Shown: positions 42,661-58,657 of the stretch, piece after piece | Layout of the letters: the number at the start of each line of letters is the position of its first letter | How positions within the stretch are numbered: position 1 is the stretch's first letter | Source of the DNA: the human T2T-CHM13v2.0 reference genome, Homo sapiens | Assembly (NCBI RefSeq): GCF_009914755.1 | Contig: NC_060931.1 | Length of the DNA stretch: 64,000 nucleotides | Direction: 5' to 3' (one strand) | The notes under the pieces: generated by a model | Database searches by the model: none | What the model was told of the DNA's origin: nothing | The model's input: the letters and a program-made list of their open reading frames with translations, nothing else | Program-made: the position numbers and the translations under genes

Positions 42661-45600
42661 TTTTGAGAATTTTGTTTTAAAATAGTAAGTGGATACAAAT
42701 CCAAAATAAATGAAAGAACACTCAAAAGAAGTAAGAGGTTTATTTGTTTTTTTAAAAAGATTTGCAAACTTTCTCTAGATTTGAGCAAACATTATTAGTA
42801 GATTGAACAGGTCAATAATGGGTACCTAGAGTAACTGATATACTTTAAAACATGAGCAGTTTGTTCTGGCTGATAAATTAGACAGCTGTTCTGAATTCGA
42901 TTTCACGCTATTTTCACAAACAGCTAATTTCCTGCTACCAGTAATAAAGCTACCTGAAACTATACACAGTTAACATCATCACCTTTATCTTTCAAGAAAG
43001 ATATCAAATTACTTGCTTACAGTTAGTTTTGGACATATCCAAAAATATGCCCCCTCTTCAAAAATACAAACAGCTACATTAGCTTCACATTTATTTCAAA
43101 ATTATACTATACAAAAATCATATTACAATATGGAGTTTTAAAATACGCTATTTTCTCCTCTGCAAGTTTTCTTAAACTAATATATTCTTTACTTCCCACG
43201 TTTTCATAGGTCAAACTTGTAAGCTCAGGGAGAAAAAAAATCAAGTCGTACCAGTCTTTGATTGAAAATCCAATTTACATTTTCATCTCCAACCCCTCCT
43301 AATCAGCGTTATGCAAATTGCAATACAAAATTTCAATTCTAATAAAAATTTAAAGAAAAAAGACTTTAATTTCAAAGTTCATTTTTCAAGCATGAGATTA
43401 TTCCATTTTAACTTACTATAAAGGAAATAGTTCTAAAGTAATTCCAAAAACATACACATTTGTATATACTGAATATCAGCATGATATTCCTAAATAAACA
43501 TCATCAAATTTGAGAAACAGGTAACTACTCAGATTCTCTTTCCTCAATAAGTTGAACGAGTTCATGCTTCTGGATTTGTTAATAAACAACAAATTAAATT
43601 TATGCAAGGCTCTTTCTTTAAGTGATACTGTGTAGTAATGAAAATTCTGACTATAAAAAATGGTAAGCTAGTATTTACCCTTGTGGTTATGACATTCTAT
43701 TAAAATAATTTATCCTCCTGAAATTTAAGTTTCATTTCTGTGTTCCTTAGTTAAATGTGTAACAAATGTAAAATGGATTCTACACAAATATATATAAATA
43801 CTCACTGGAGGTTCCAAATAAAAATATTTTTATAGCAAATTTCATTTATTCCTCTATATGTAGCACGTAGTAGCAGAGGAAAGCTACTTTTCTTCCCCTG
43901 TATATTATCATGAAATTTCACATTTTAAAAATAAGACTTCATTTCAAATCCTGAAATCACTGAAAAATCTCCAGCCTTACATGAAACTTCTTTTAAGTCT
44001 TTTACTTTAATAATACATCTCTACATACAATTGCAGCGATTGTGATGGCTTTTATTAGTATTATATTTCAACAGTTTGTTGCTTTTCACATTCTCTTAAC
44101 TGTTCTGCAAGAGGCTTATTAAAAAGATTCAGTGACAAATGCCAAGATATTCTGCTATATCTGTAATTATATTAAATAAAATACCCACTACTTTTTCACT
44201 AAAAAAAATATTTCTTCAACACGTTGGCTACTTTCTACTGAGTCAAAGCAGGAGTCCTGAGTGACCTATGATCAACTCAGACCACCATGCCTGAATTCTT
44301 TAGTTAACAACCACTCTCCATGATACTTTATCATACTTCTTGCCTTCACTGCCCTTTTATCAGAGGAAACAAATCGGATTTCATCACCTACAGCCAAGAT
44401 GTCCAAAATCCCTAACTACTTCCTGTGACCAGAAAAAAAAAAAAGTATGCTTCACTAGACTGGGCACACTGCTGGTCCTCCCCTTTGTCCCACTCTGTAA
44501 GGCAAGCTAGCGTCACAGGCTTCTTGCCTGAAAATCAATATAAGTTAATCCAACCACCCATCCAGTTCAATCTCTCCCAAGAAGGCCTTGAAGACTAATG
44601 TTCCAACACCTCAAAAATAGGAAGATTATAAAAAGGCAGAATAACAATAGAGGAGTATCCTTCCTACAAGGACAAAGATGTGCTGGGCAAAATCTAGAGA
44701 AAAGAAATGCCAAATCTGAATTTCGACAGCCATTTCAACCTGAAATTAATGTTATGACATCCAGAGCACAGCCAAAAATTATAGTCGGAATAAGCCACAC
44801 AAAAACTGTAGCTATGAGATCACTGTTGAACTAAGCCAAAGCTTCCTTTATATAGCATCCACATCCCAGTATTGTTTCTCTTTACAGCAAAGAAATCTTG
44901 TACTCTCAAGAGCTGACCACAGCATTATCGAAATAGCCTTACATAGAGGCAAGTTTGGGGAAAAAAAAGGTAAAGGAAATTTAAAGTTTATAGCTTCAGA
45001 AGAAACTCTCTACCACCATTTTGTTGGATGGAAGAAACATGCCAGAGATAAAAAACCAGGAAACCTTTAATTTAGAGTAATTCAGCCTATTTTTCATCCC
45101 TTGGAAACTTTACCATTTCTATGTAGAGTATGGGCATTCAACAGCATAGAATTCAGCTCTGCAGGAATTCACATTTTAAAACATCATTTTTTAAACCAAC
45201 TGGATACATGAGAACTTTCAATAAAAATATAATAAACTTTAAAATCTTGGCATGTGCAAACTATCAGATCAGCTGCCTAGAATTCAAGCTCGCATAAAGA
45301 CTGAATACACCTGAAATTACATGTGTAGGATAGTAATGGTTACAGCCCACAAGAATTATTTGTATCATTCTACCACGAGTTTGACAGTGTTGCCATTAAA
45401 AAAGGAGAAGAATTGCTTTTCAACCCTCAGTGAAAATTTAGCCTGTTATCACTATGTGAGATTCTGACATTACGGGAAAGAAGAACAGCTCTTCTGAAAA
45501 TTAGTCCTTATTTTAAAAGCTTAAGATACTGAACAAAGATAAAAGAAATTAAAGTAATTCTCAAAGAAAAAACTGTCAATATATTCCAAGCTTCTTCAAG

Positions 45601-47960
45601 AACACAGAGATTTCAGTTTCACATTATAATTAGCTTTCACAATTGAAACTTAGAATTGCTCATGCACAATGACTACGTGAAGGAATAAAGAAAAACTAAA
45701 ATATTATAATGCAGCCTGTGATTTACTGGGAAAGTAGAGCTTTAATACATGAAGTGAGGCTCAAAGAAAAATGGGCTGGAATATATAATACAGGCAACCA
45801 ACCAGGTTTAGAACCCACATATTTAAAGGGCCACAGCTTCTGTCATGCTTGGAACCTGGGGACACTTCCTCCACTGCCTTAACAACCTGTTACCACTGCC
45901 ACTTCCGGAGTCTCAATCTCACACTTCCTGCCAAAAATTCAGAAGCCAGGAAGCATATCTGATTGCCAAAAGTTCTAAAATCCTGCTACATTATGCATTG
46001 AGTGAGTTTTATAAGGCAGTCTAAGACCTTAACCAACATTGTAATTTCATTTCCATGAGAAAATATATTCTGAGTTTAAAACTACAAACACAACAGAGAC
46101 TTTGGATAAAACTGCGCACATTTAAACTTAATTAGAGCTAATCAGCATAGCTAATAAATTTCTTTTACTAAGGTAAACCTGACACTTTCCAGGCTCAACC
46201 ATTCACCATTAACTTTAAAAAACAAATTAAACCAAGCAAGTATCTTATCTTCAACTATGCACAAAGGCCAAAAACTGACTTAAAATTCACAGGACCTGCA
46301 TACAACAACTTAAAAAATGCGCATGACCCACAGCCCTTTCTCGTATGCTATTACACGGCAGAATAAAGCATTTAGCACATATTACCACGAATCCTATATT
46401 GATGACATAACGGTAATTGGTTTTGGATTCATTTCCGTGTTTTCAAACACCTTCTAGTTTTGCCAAAAACAGAGTGAACATATTCCTATAAGTAATTTAT
46501 TGACAGAATCCTGTATTTTAAAATCGACTATTCGTCAAAGATTCTGTGATGAGGTAGGGCTAAAATAGGGCAGGTGGTGGTTTGGACAAAGGGACAATTT
46601 ATATTACAAGTGACTTTGAGAACTTTTTATATATATCATATATATCTTCATTCCATTTTAATAACCTGTTTTGAGGACTTCTTTAGTTCCCTGTATTTAT
46701 ATCTCAATACACAAATCCTTAAGATCCAGGGCACATTGAAAGGAAGCTTCAAAGACAGGAAAAGTAAAAAAAAAATCTAAAAGGCTGAGAAGAGGGAAAA
46801 GGGAAAGGGGAGAAGGCCAGGAATAATCTGTAATCAATCTTTTTTATTTTTGTATTAATACTGCTTACTGTAACTTATAAGGTGCAGGTAGCCATTCCAG
46901 GTCCAATTTCAAGTTATATCGCTAAACTAATGAAAAAACTTTTTTATAACTTTTCTGAGATCCCATTTTGTCCTCTTTAAGTGAACCCTTAATTAGACCT
47001 AACTTTGATGAACTCAAACCAGCAATTAATACTTCCTAGACCCACTGACTTTTGTTACTTGTTAAATCCTCCTGAGACATACATTAAAACCTGATGTTTT
47101 TAGTAGCCATAGCACTAACACAAAGTAATGAATATATTTACATTTTCATTATACCTTGACAGCATTTTTTCCTAAATAGATTATTTATTTAACATATTAT
47201 AAACTGTAATATGCACTGAAATTTTTCAGTAAGCAGGCTATTTATATAACATTCACCCAGATGCTATCTAATGCAGTTGACTAGAATAACACTGTGTAGA
47301 CAGCCATTCTTCTATGAGTTATGGCTCACATAAAAAATATTCCAGCAAATATAACTGCTATTGTTTTTAAACTCCTTTAAATACGCAATCACTACCTCTC
47401 TTCCTACAATGGCTTTCCAGGTCAAATATCTTTTTTTTTAAGTCTAAAATCCTGTCATAGTGTTACCTTCTCCAAGTTCCAATTTCCTCCCATTCTATCA
47501 TAACCTTCATTCATTTGGCATTCAGTCACTACCATGTACCATCTAAATTAGAAGCTCTACAAAAGACAAAATCTCTTGGGCTCCAAGGTTTTCTACATGC
47601 TAGCCTTCATTTCTGTTTTTTAATAAGGTTATCCATACATCATCAGTAGAAAATCTTCCCCAACCTTTTACAAACTCAGCCTTATCTAGAAAACAATAGA
47701 ACAGTAATTCAGCCACTATAAGAAAGATTTAATGGATTATACTGTTAACATTCTATAAGAATACTAGACCATTCTACTAAAAAACCTTTAAAGTAAAAAC
47801 AGGCAGGTTACCTAATTATTTTAAAACAACTGGTGAAAGGGATATGGCTGAAAATACACGTATCATTCTCATATATATTATTACTTAACTTTTTACATGT
47901 ATATCAAAAGGAACTGTTTTTAATTTTTACACATTTTAGGTGTTTAAAACTGCATGGGAT

Positions 47961-48307
<347 letters not shown>

Positions 48308-48784
48308 TTAAAGAAATGTAAACACTGTCTCACTGTACCACCTCAACTCTCCAGCAAACTGAGACTCTAACCAAAAGCATCTAAGATAATTCTGTGCAAC
48401 AAACATAGAAGTCAAAAGGTCCAGGAATAAAGAAAAACACACACACATTTTCCTCAGAAAATAGGCTTAATGCCTTCATTTGCTACCTATTTTTCCTCTT
48501 TTCCTATCTTCCTTCAGTTATTCCTATGGTTGACAATTCTAACAACTATTTGGTTTGTAAAACAATTGAAAGTAACTTTGGAAAACAGTATTTTGACTAG
48601 ATACTGTAAGGCTAAAGACAAAAAGACTGTACACAAAATTCTTACTCTAGTTAATAAGTCTGTTTCTCACAGGGATATGGGCTAGCAATCCTTTACATGT
48701 ATACTATCCACTTCACTTCATATGTATACATATTAAGCAAAGCCACTTTATATGTATAGTATGTATGAGCAAATAAGTGTATTA

Positions 48785-50392
<1,608 letters not shown>

Positions 50393-50544
50393 GTATAATA
50401 TTATGGTTGCCAACTTTAAAAGGAGGAAGATAGTTATAACAACAAAATTCACTGTAGACAAAACAAAATGGAATAAAATGCACTCCCTTCCACAAAACTG
50501 ACTGCAAGAAATCATATACAATGTGTATAAGGTGGTAAACCACT

Positions 50545-50930
50545 CTGTTATACTGATGGTACCCAAATCGCACCCCTAATATCCAAGTGCTTGTACCTCT
50601 AGCTCCCAGCTGGGTCATGTGATGGCTTTGGCAGTGTAACATTAGCATGCATAAGGCAAGCTTCTTTCTACATCAGAAATTACTTTCCTGGTACGCACCT
50701 TCTCGGAGCCCTTAGTAAAGAGGTCCAGGAACCACACTGGAGAAATCATGTGGAAAGACAGGCCCAGCCAGGCCTTTTCCAGGCCTACCAGAAAAGACAC
50801 CTAACATGTGAGTAAAAGAAGCCATCTTAAACGTTCCAACCTCAAAAGGTGGCAACTGGAGCAGAAGAAAGACCCACCTGATCCAGCCCAGAATGCAGAA
50901 TCATGAGGAAAAAATAAATCATATTGGGTG
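50545..50930 (+). mobile_element. MLT1G/H-like MaLR LTR
   Basis: GGTCATGTGATGGCTTTGGC, ACATGTGAGT..GAAGCCATCTT, CCAGCCCAGAATGCAGAATCATGAG..AATAAAT. Confidence 0.7.
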
Positions 50931-51033
50931 ATATACACAGTCCATACAACAGTCAGCTGTCTATTAAAGGTTTCAGTGTATATAAGATTCTTTGCTTTAT
51001 AAGAAAGACAGTTTTGGAAACACAGCAGACTAA

Positions 51034-51347
<314 letters not shown>

Positions 51348-51655
51348 ATATACATAACTCTTTTAGCATGAACCCCTCTAAATGCTGGATGGAATAGAAT
51401 AAATAAATACTGCTCTCTAAAAACATAGCTGCCCTCACAAGAGAGGGAAATCCCCAAGTTTGTGTGTAGTTGGAGGCAGGGCTTGCCAAGAGGAAATTTG
51501 AAGCCACAATAACATGCTCATGAGCAGATGCTGCTGAGGCTCAGTAGCAAGAGGGGGAGTGAAGGAAGTCTAGCCAAAGGCTGTGGGCCTTATTGGTTAG
51601 GGTTTTGACACCAATGCGAGGATAGGGGAAAAAATCATGGGACATGCAAGGTAGG

Positions 51656-52198
51656 TACGTCTTAGGTATTTATGACATATATCACAGCTTTGGTAAGTTA
51701 ACCCATAGAAGATTACCAAGTGATGTTTAATGTAAATGCCTGACTGCCCATTAAAATTTGATTTGGAGCTGAGCAGCCTGGCAACTCAACTTAAAGGCAA
51801 CTCATTGTCTAAATATATGTGGTAGGATGCTTAGCATAGGAGGCATAAAGAAGAATAAGAATTCATGTCACTCCCCTCCAAGAGCATACATAAGCAAACA
51901 GATCAACTAGAGTACCACTCAATAAGTGATACTGCCTTGTGATCCTCAATTTACTTTTCTCTGAACTCTCTTCCTCTCCAAAAGCTTAAAAATAGGCAAT
52001 CCTTTCTGTTAGACATAAAGAGCACACATAGGAATATCAAAAGAAAACACAATATGAGAATAAAAAAAATTATGTCCCAAACCACTACAACTACATCTTA
52101 GGTATTTATGACATATATCACAGCTTTGGTTAAGTTAACCCATAGAAGATTACCAAGTAATGTTTAATGTAAATGCCTGACTGCCCATTAAAATTTGA
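51656..52198 (+). repeat. Dispersed direct duplication: 51656-51761 and 52092-52198 (~97% identical)
   Basis: TAC(G/A)TCTTAGGTATTTATGAC...GCCCATTAAAATTTGA; 2 substitutions and 1 indel. Confidence 0.97.
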
Positions 52199-52849
52199 AT
52201 TTCAGATAAAAGCAAATAATTTGGTGGCATGCTACTGTCATTTTTGTATGCTTTAGCATATAATCAGACCACCCAGTTATCTTAAAATAGTGCCTGACCA
52301 ATGATATGAACACAGTGAACAAAACTGCGACATTAGGAATGGTTCAATATAAAATAAGCATCTCGGGTAAGAGAATCAAAAAAAATCAAAGCAGATTATA
52401 CTGTGGGACAAAGGACAGTATCAGAGAAACCTGTCAACAAGTAACAAGGCCTCATCACTAGCTGGAATTCAGCAGTAAGAATATGTCATATTTGAGGAGC
52501 TCTGGAATAGGCAGAAAACAAAGATCAAGGTAAACTCCCAAATCCAGAGAAACCACATTCCTGAGAGTATTACAAAAAGGCTTCCAAGAAAAAGCAGGAA
52601 TTGAACCACTGAATCTGAGATCAAAGACGGCAGATGTATCCTGCAAACTTTCACCTCAAACACTCAGATCCCAACTACAAGCAAGATTACAATGATTCCA
52701 AACCTTGAGTATTTGGCTAGAGTTCTTGGAAGTCATCCTGTGGCCAATTCTGTCCACTGTCTCCACCATATCTATCCATCCAACTTCTCTGTCAGTACCA
52801 CTTCAGTTTATTTAGTTGCTAGTATGCCCATATCCCAGTCCCAGAAGAT

Positions 52850-53330
52850 GAACTGTTTCTGGCCAAAATCAGTCATAAGAACAGAATTCCACGTGATTGC
52901 TTTTTAGGAATGGCCACATAACCTAGTTCTGGCCAATATGAAATAAAACAAAAGTGAATTATGTGGATTGTGGATCTTAGGAGAAGGCTTTTAGTTTTCT
53001 GATATAGGGGGATGAACCAGGTTGGCGTGACCCTTTTTAAAATCCCTCCATACTTTTTTTCTGCTTACAATGCATCCTTGATGCCTGAAGTTCTAATAAC
53101 TACCTTGCCTCTAATGAGATCACAAGCATGAGGCTAACGGCCAACACAGAAAGACAGAAGAGCAAAGAACAGGCCTGCATCCCTATCAACAGTGTACAGC
53201 AGCTACGCCAGCCCTCCACCACCTACCTCCAGATTCATCGTTTAAGAAAAATCAATTCCTAATTGTTGAAGCTACTGTGAGATGAGTTTCCCTATTACTT
53301 ACACCCAAATGCATTCCTTAACTGATGTAC
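52850..53330 (+). mobile_element. MLT1J/K-like MaLR LTR
   Basis: GGCCACATAACCTAGTTCTGGCCAAT...GATGCCTGAAG...ACCTACCTCCAGA...CATTCCTTAACTGAT. Confidence 0.7.
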
Positions 53331-53504
53331 TGTTTCCCACTAAGGATAGTGATAGACTCACTCACCAGGTTGAGAATAAACTGAAAGTTTATTAAACTTG
53401 TCTCTGAGAATAAACTCAGAGACAAGAGATGTAGAGATTGGGGAAAAAAGTCTTCAAAGAGAAATAAAACTCCATCAGCCATACCACATATACACATACA
53501 AAAT

Positions 53505-53760
53505 CAGTATTGTGGTAGTGGTTACCCAACAGGCTCTGTAGCCAGACTACCTGGGCCTAAACCTCAACTCTGCTGCTTCCTGGACCTGTGACCTTGGGCA
53601 AGATAGTCAACCTCTCTGTACCTATCTCAGCATTCTCATTTCTAAAATGGGGCTAACAGTATATTCCCCTTAAGAATGTTTGTGAGAATAAACAAGGTAA
53701 TACATAGAAAACTTGGAATAGTTCCTTGCATACAGTAAGCTCTCAGTAAATACTGGTAAT
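53505..53760 (+). mobile_element. MIR SINE
   Basis: GGCTCTGTAGCCAGACTACCTGGG...CTGTGACCTTGGGCAAG...AACCTCTCTG...CTCATTTCTAAAATGGGG. Confidence 0.88.
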
Positions 53761-54077
53761 CACCTGTATTATGCAAACATATATAAATATATAAAAATGA
53801 ATGATACAGTTTATGCAGTGCAAACATGACACAAATTGTGTGGTACAAGTGAGCAGAAAATTCCTCACAGAACTCACCCACCTCTAACACATTGTCTCAA
53901 CTGAGTAGTGCTTCTGTGTCTGCTAATAGCTGCATCAGCAGCTCTAACTCTTGGATGGCATAAAAATGATGCAATTTCACAACAAGAAGATTGACTAAAC
54001 ATAAGCCATTTACACTTCAAAAAGCAGTGCAAGGGCAAAAGCGTAACGTCAGATCTCATCTCAAGTATTGTTCTTAC

Positions 54078-54105
54078 CTGGCAAGTGGAAACAATAACTC
54101 ATCTC
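54078..54105 (-). CDS. Candidate 28-nt internal exon (microexon) of an unidentified - strand gene; likely frame (G)DELLFPLA(R), phase 1 to 2
   Basis: - strand: TTTAAC branch point, CTTTCTATTACTGTTAG acceptor, exon GAGATGAGTTATTGTTTCCACTTGCCAG, donor CAG/GTAAGA; flanks contain no recognisable repeats. Confidence 0.6.
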
Positions 54106-55085
54106 CTAACAGTAATAGAAAGGTTAAATTTATGATAGGCTTCAAGTATACAATACCACCATATGCCTAATCCTTTCATAGTTATCTAGTGTCACAGTCC
54201 AATGCACACTTCAACGGAATCACTAGTTTCTATGAATGTCATTAGTACGAGCTGGTCTGCACATGGGTTCCCTTCACTTGCATTTTTTTTTTTAATCAAC
54301 AAGAATTGTCACAGGCAGATTCTAACAGATCCACTGAAACAGATAACACTAAATCAGTTGAACTGATAATAGGCAAGAGAGAACGTTCAGAAACCAATTG
54401 TTCCTATGATAATAGTAACCTGGATCAAGACAGACAGCAAAAAATAAACAAGGAAACTATTTTACAGTTTTGAACAAAACAGTATAAACATTCCACCAGG
54501 CTTCCCACACCCTAACTACTCTGGTTTTGTAAGCTACTTTAGAGCTTTGGGTATTGGACACCTACTTGTAAATTCCCATTACCATCTTATTTTTCTCAGT
54601 CCTAATATATGCCTGATGTTCCTATATAAACATTCCTAGCCTTGTACTTCAGTTTAGGCCAGCTTCTTTTACTTTCCATTCCTTGGATATCTCATCAAAC
54701 CTAAATATATTCTATTCTATTTCCAAATTTTAGTTATAATTTTAGAAGTTTAAAATTTGAAGGAGAGGACAATATTTTTAGAGTTGACTCCAACACTCAC
54801 TGGTTTGGCGAAATAAAGTCATTTCTGTAGTTAGAAGGTAATACTTAGCACATGGAGATCAAGCATATGGAAATTAAAATGACAAAACTATATAACTGCT
54901 GTCTAAATGCAAAGTTATGACTACTGGATACATTTCACTTTTTTAAAAAACAAGTGAGGGACCATAAATACAAATGCAGATGGTCCTGGAGTTCATTTCA
55001 CCTCCTCCCCTTCCCCAATTTCTGGATTTTTCAAGGAGCTAGTTCAGCAGGTCAGAGTTAACAACGCAAGAATAGGCTGAAATTA

Positions 55086-55132
55086 GCTGCTTAGCAACAC
55101 AAGCTCCCCACTCTAGTAACCTGGAAGTTCCC
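55086..55132. promoter_or_regulatory. RFX X-box-like (GCTGCTTAGCAAC) and NF-kB-like (GGAAGTTCCC) motifs in a locally GC-richer unique segment
   Basis: Motif match only. Confidence 0.25.
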
Positions 55133-55620
55133 AGACACACAGTATTACAGTCACCTGGAGGTTCCAGCAAATATGTGGAACTTTTGTGGGGGTGGGAGGG
55201 CAGCAGTTGAGATTCCTCTCCTGGAGTGATTACAGGGCACCCTGCAGCACAGGCGAGCCTAGCCTAAGTCCTTTCCGTGGGATGAGCACCTGAGGAATCC
55301 CACAAGCTCCCAGGTATGTGTGACCTGCCCACTTTGTACATTGTCCTCAAAGGCTGCATGCTATGCTTTTACAGGTGCATTTTCACTTTTAATTCTCATA
55401 GTCTATGACAGGTCATTTACAGATAAGGAAACTGACTTCCAAGAAAGTTAAGATGACCTATTTACTCACCTTTTAAATTAACAACAAACTAAGGAGAATT
55501 TAGTGCTTAAAGTGTAATTTCCAAAAGGTTTAGAATCATGACCTTCATGCAAATATAAAAGGAACACATGCCAAAGATATTATTCAGCTCATCAATTAAT
55601 GAGATTATTAGTACAAACTT

Positions 55621-55622
<2 letters not shown>

Positions 55623-55654
<32 letters not shown>
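55623..55654. repeat. (GT)16 microsatellite
   Basis: Direct reading. Confidence 0.95.
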
Positions 55655-55656
<2 letters not shown>

Positions 55657-55991
55657 GTGGAGTATTACTGAAATCAATGGTGAATCTATTATAAGAAGGG
55701 TTTCCAAGCTGAGTGACAAAGCATTCAGGGTGCCTCACTGAACTAACAGAGACACTGTATGAACTACTAACAGGTTTTTTGGACCCAATTACTTAGTAGA
55801 AGTTACTATTAGGTATTTGGTGCTGGTGGCCCCATGAAAAAATTACTGAGACACTGAAGACTAAAACTGAAAGTTTAGTAATGTCTACCATAGAGCAATG
55901 AAACATAATATCTGGGGATATTTCTTCAGGGTGGAAATCAATTCTATCCTACTGGACAAAATTCATTTGCATTATTATAGATAAGAATCTT

Positions 55992-56300
<309 letters not shown>

Positions 56301-56819
56301 CTATCCCTACAGCATTGCAAAATTGCCTAATCAAAAAAAAAGTGAAAGGTATACACCCTGTATCTAGTCACTTCAGGATCCACTAAACAAGCCCAGCGTT
56401 CCACTGAAAAGACTCCTAGTAATCTTTTCTGATCATTTTCAAGTCTTGGACAACCTTTCCCACCTTAGATTATGGGCAGTACTACCAAGAGTACCACAAA
56501 AATCACGATGCGGGAGTGAAAAAGCAGGATCAGCTATAATCCATGAATATTTCCATCCAGAATTGCAGAGCATCCACTGCCAGCAAGGACATATTGAAAG
56601 GGACACACTAATATGCTGATACTGCCACATAACCTGCTACAGCCTTTCTGGAAAGCCACCTAGGAACATGTACTGGAAACCCTACAGGCTCATAACTTTG
56701 ATTATTTAATTCTACTCCCAGAAATACACACTCAACATACAATCAGAAGTGGACTAAGGTACATAAATATCTCACAGTGTTAATCACAAAAATAAAAAAT
56801 TTAAAACAAGTTAATTTAC

Positions 56820-57060
56820 CACCTTAAATATTTCTTCTTTCCAGAAGCCTTCAATAAACCCCCAAATCCTTCCTGTGTGATCCAAGGTTGCCCTTACATG
56901 TCTCTTACCACATTGTACTCTAATGTCTCACTTGCTTATCCATTTGCCCTACTAGGCTATAATCTCTATGGAAACTTGGACCATGTATTTCAATTGCATG
57001 GATTTAGTATGATGCTACATGCATAACAGACAAAGTTGGCTCAATAAATAAAATGTTAAA
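56820..57060 (+). mobile_element. L2 3' end
   Basis: CTACTAGGCTATAATCTCTATG...GCTCAATAAATA. Confidence 0.6.
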
Positions 57061-57991
57061 CAGCCTGAAAACATATGTTTCCTCTATAGAAATGAAACCA
57101 TAATTACAAGTATTAACAAGTATTTTTCACAAAGAGGCCATTTTAATTCCATTTTCAAAAAGCTTTGATATATTCTGACTTACAGTAACCAATTCAGATG
57201 CGAGATTCACCAAAAAAAAAAAAAAAAAAGTGAGGTCAGAAACAGCTTTACTGACTTCAAACTTCAGAACTCTTCAACTATCATTCCTTAAAATCAAAAG
57301 CATGGGCTTATTTAATAGGATGATATCATCCAGAGAAAAGAATGTGATCGTGTGACTACTTTCTTTGGCTTTAAGCCATAACTAGAAGAATGTATTCAGT
57401 CACAGATGTCTCATTTGTAAAGGGATACTCAGGAATTGAAATGCCTGAAGAAGCATAACTTACAAACATCTCTCTGGTTAACGATTTTCCAAAAGAAAAT
57501 TGTTTGTGTGATTTTAACACCCAAACTTTATAGAGTGTATATATCTCATAATATAGTAATTTTTGGCCAATAATTCCAAAGGAAAATTTTAGATTTACTT
57601 CCCCCAAACTCAATAAAACACCAAAACAAAATTATATATGAGAAAAGCCTGAAGTTATATCTTAACCAATTACATTGATAAAATATCAGCATTACGTGTA
57701 GACATTTTGAAAGGCAGACCAAGGGCCAAAAAAGTGGATATGCACCTCAGATGTTGCTGGTGTGGAAAAAGGTATCACCTCATCGCACTCAGGTGAGCCA
57801 TCCTCTGCCACTGGGTATGTGTCCTGAATGCCTCATCACACTATACATTTTCACAGACAACAATAAAGCTCAAAAGAAAACCACTGGATATTAATCGTTG
57901 AAAAGAAGTTCTAGATAATGATAAATGTTATCATGAAATGTGATGGAGGGTGTTTTTAATTATTTTAAAAGGAAGTTGCTATTCCTCTTGG

Positions 57992-58158
57992 GTAGTGCCT
58001 TTCACATTTTAAGGAGCATTAAGGCTGACCGAGGGTCTCGTTAAAATGCAGATATTTATTCAGTCAGTCTGAAGTGGGGCCTGAGATTCTGCTTTTCTAA
58101 CAGGCACTGAGGCATGCCAATGCTATTGGCCTAAGAATTTCAATTTAAGTAACAAGGT
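57992..58158. mobile_element. MER5A MITE
   Basis: TTAAAATGCAGAT..ATTCAGTCAGTCTGAAGTGGGGCCTGAGATTCTGCTTTTCTAACA. Confidence 0.8.
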
Positions 58159-58358
58159 TTTAGAGCACCATACAAAGAAATTTATAAACTTAAACAAGGT
58201 ATGCAACTGTGCGACCTTCCATTTTCCTGCTCCCGCTTCCTCTTTTCATTTCTTCTTTAATCTCAAAGCACTGATTGTCTCCCCTGATGATTTATCAAGA
58301 CCTTCCTGTTCAGGATTCTCAATATCCTACAGAAGCTGCAATTTAAGATAACAAAACA

Positions 58359-58657
58359 GGCCAAGCATGGTGGTACACCTGTAATCCCAGCACTTTGGGA
58401 GGCCAAGGCGGGCAGATCACCTGAGGTCAAGAGTTCAAGAGAACCCTGGCCAACATGGCGAAACCCCGTCTCTACTAAAAATAAAAAAATTAGCCAGGCG
58501 TGGTGGCATGCACCTGTAGCCCCAGCTACTCAGGAGGATGAGGCAGGAGGATCGATAGAACCTGGGAGACAGAGGTTGCAGTGAGCCAAGATTGTCACTG
58601 CACTCCAGCCTGAGCAACAGAGCGAGACTACATCTCCAAAATAAAATAAAATAAAAT
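58359..58657 (+). mobile_element. AluS (Sx/Sz-like)
   Basis: Full dimer with (AAAAT)n tail. Confidence 0.95.

Noticed and set aside
54078-54105. Assigning a gene symbol to the host gene
   Set aside because: A 9-10 residue peptide was not enough for me to recognise the protein reliably.
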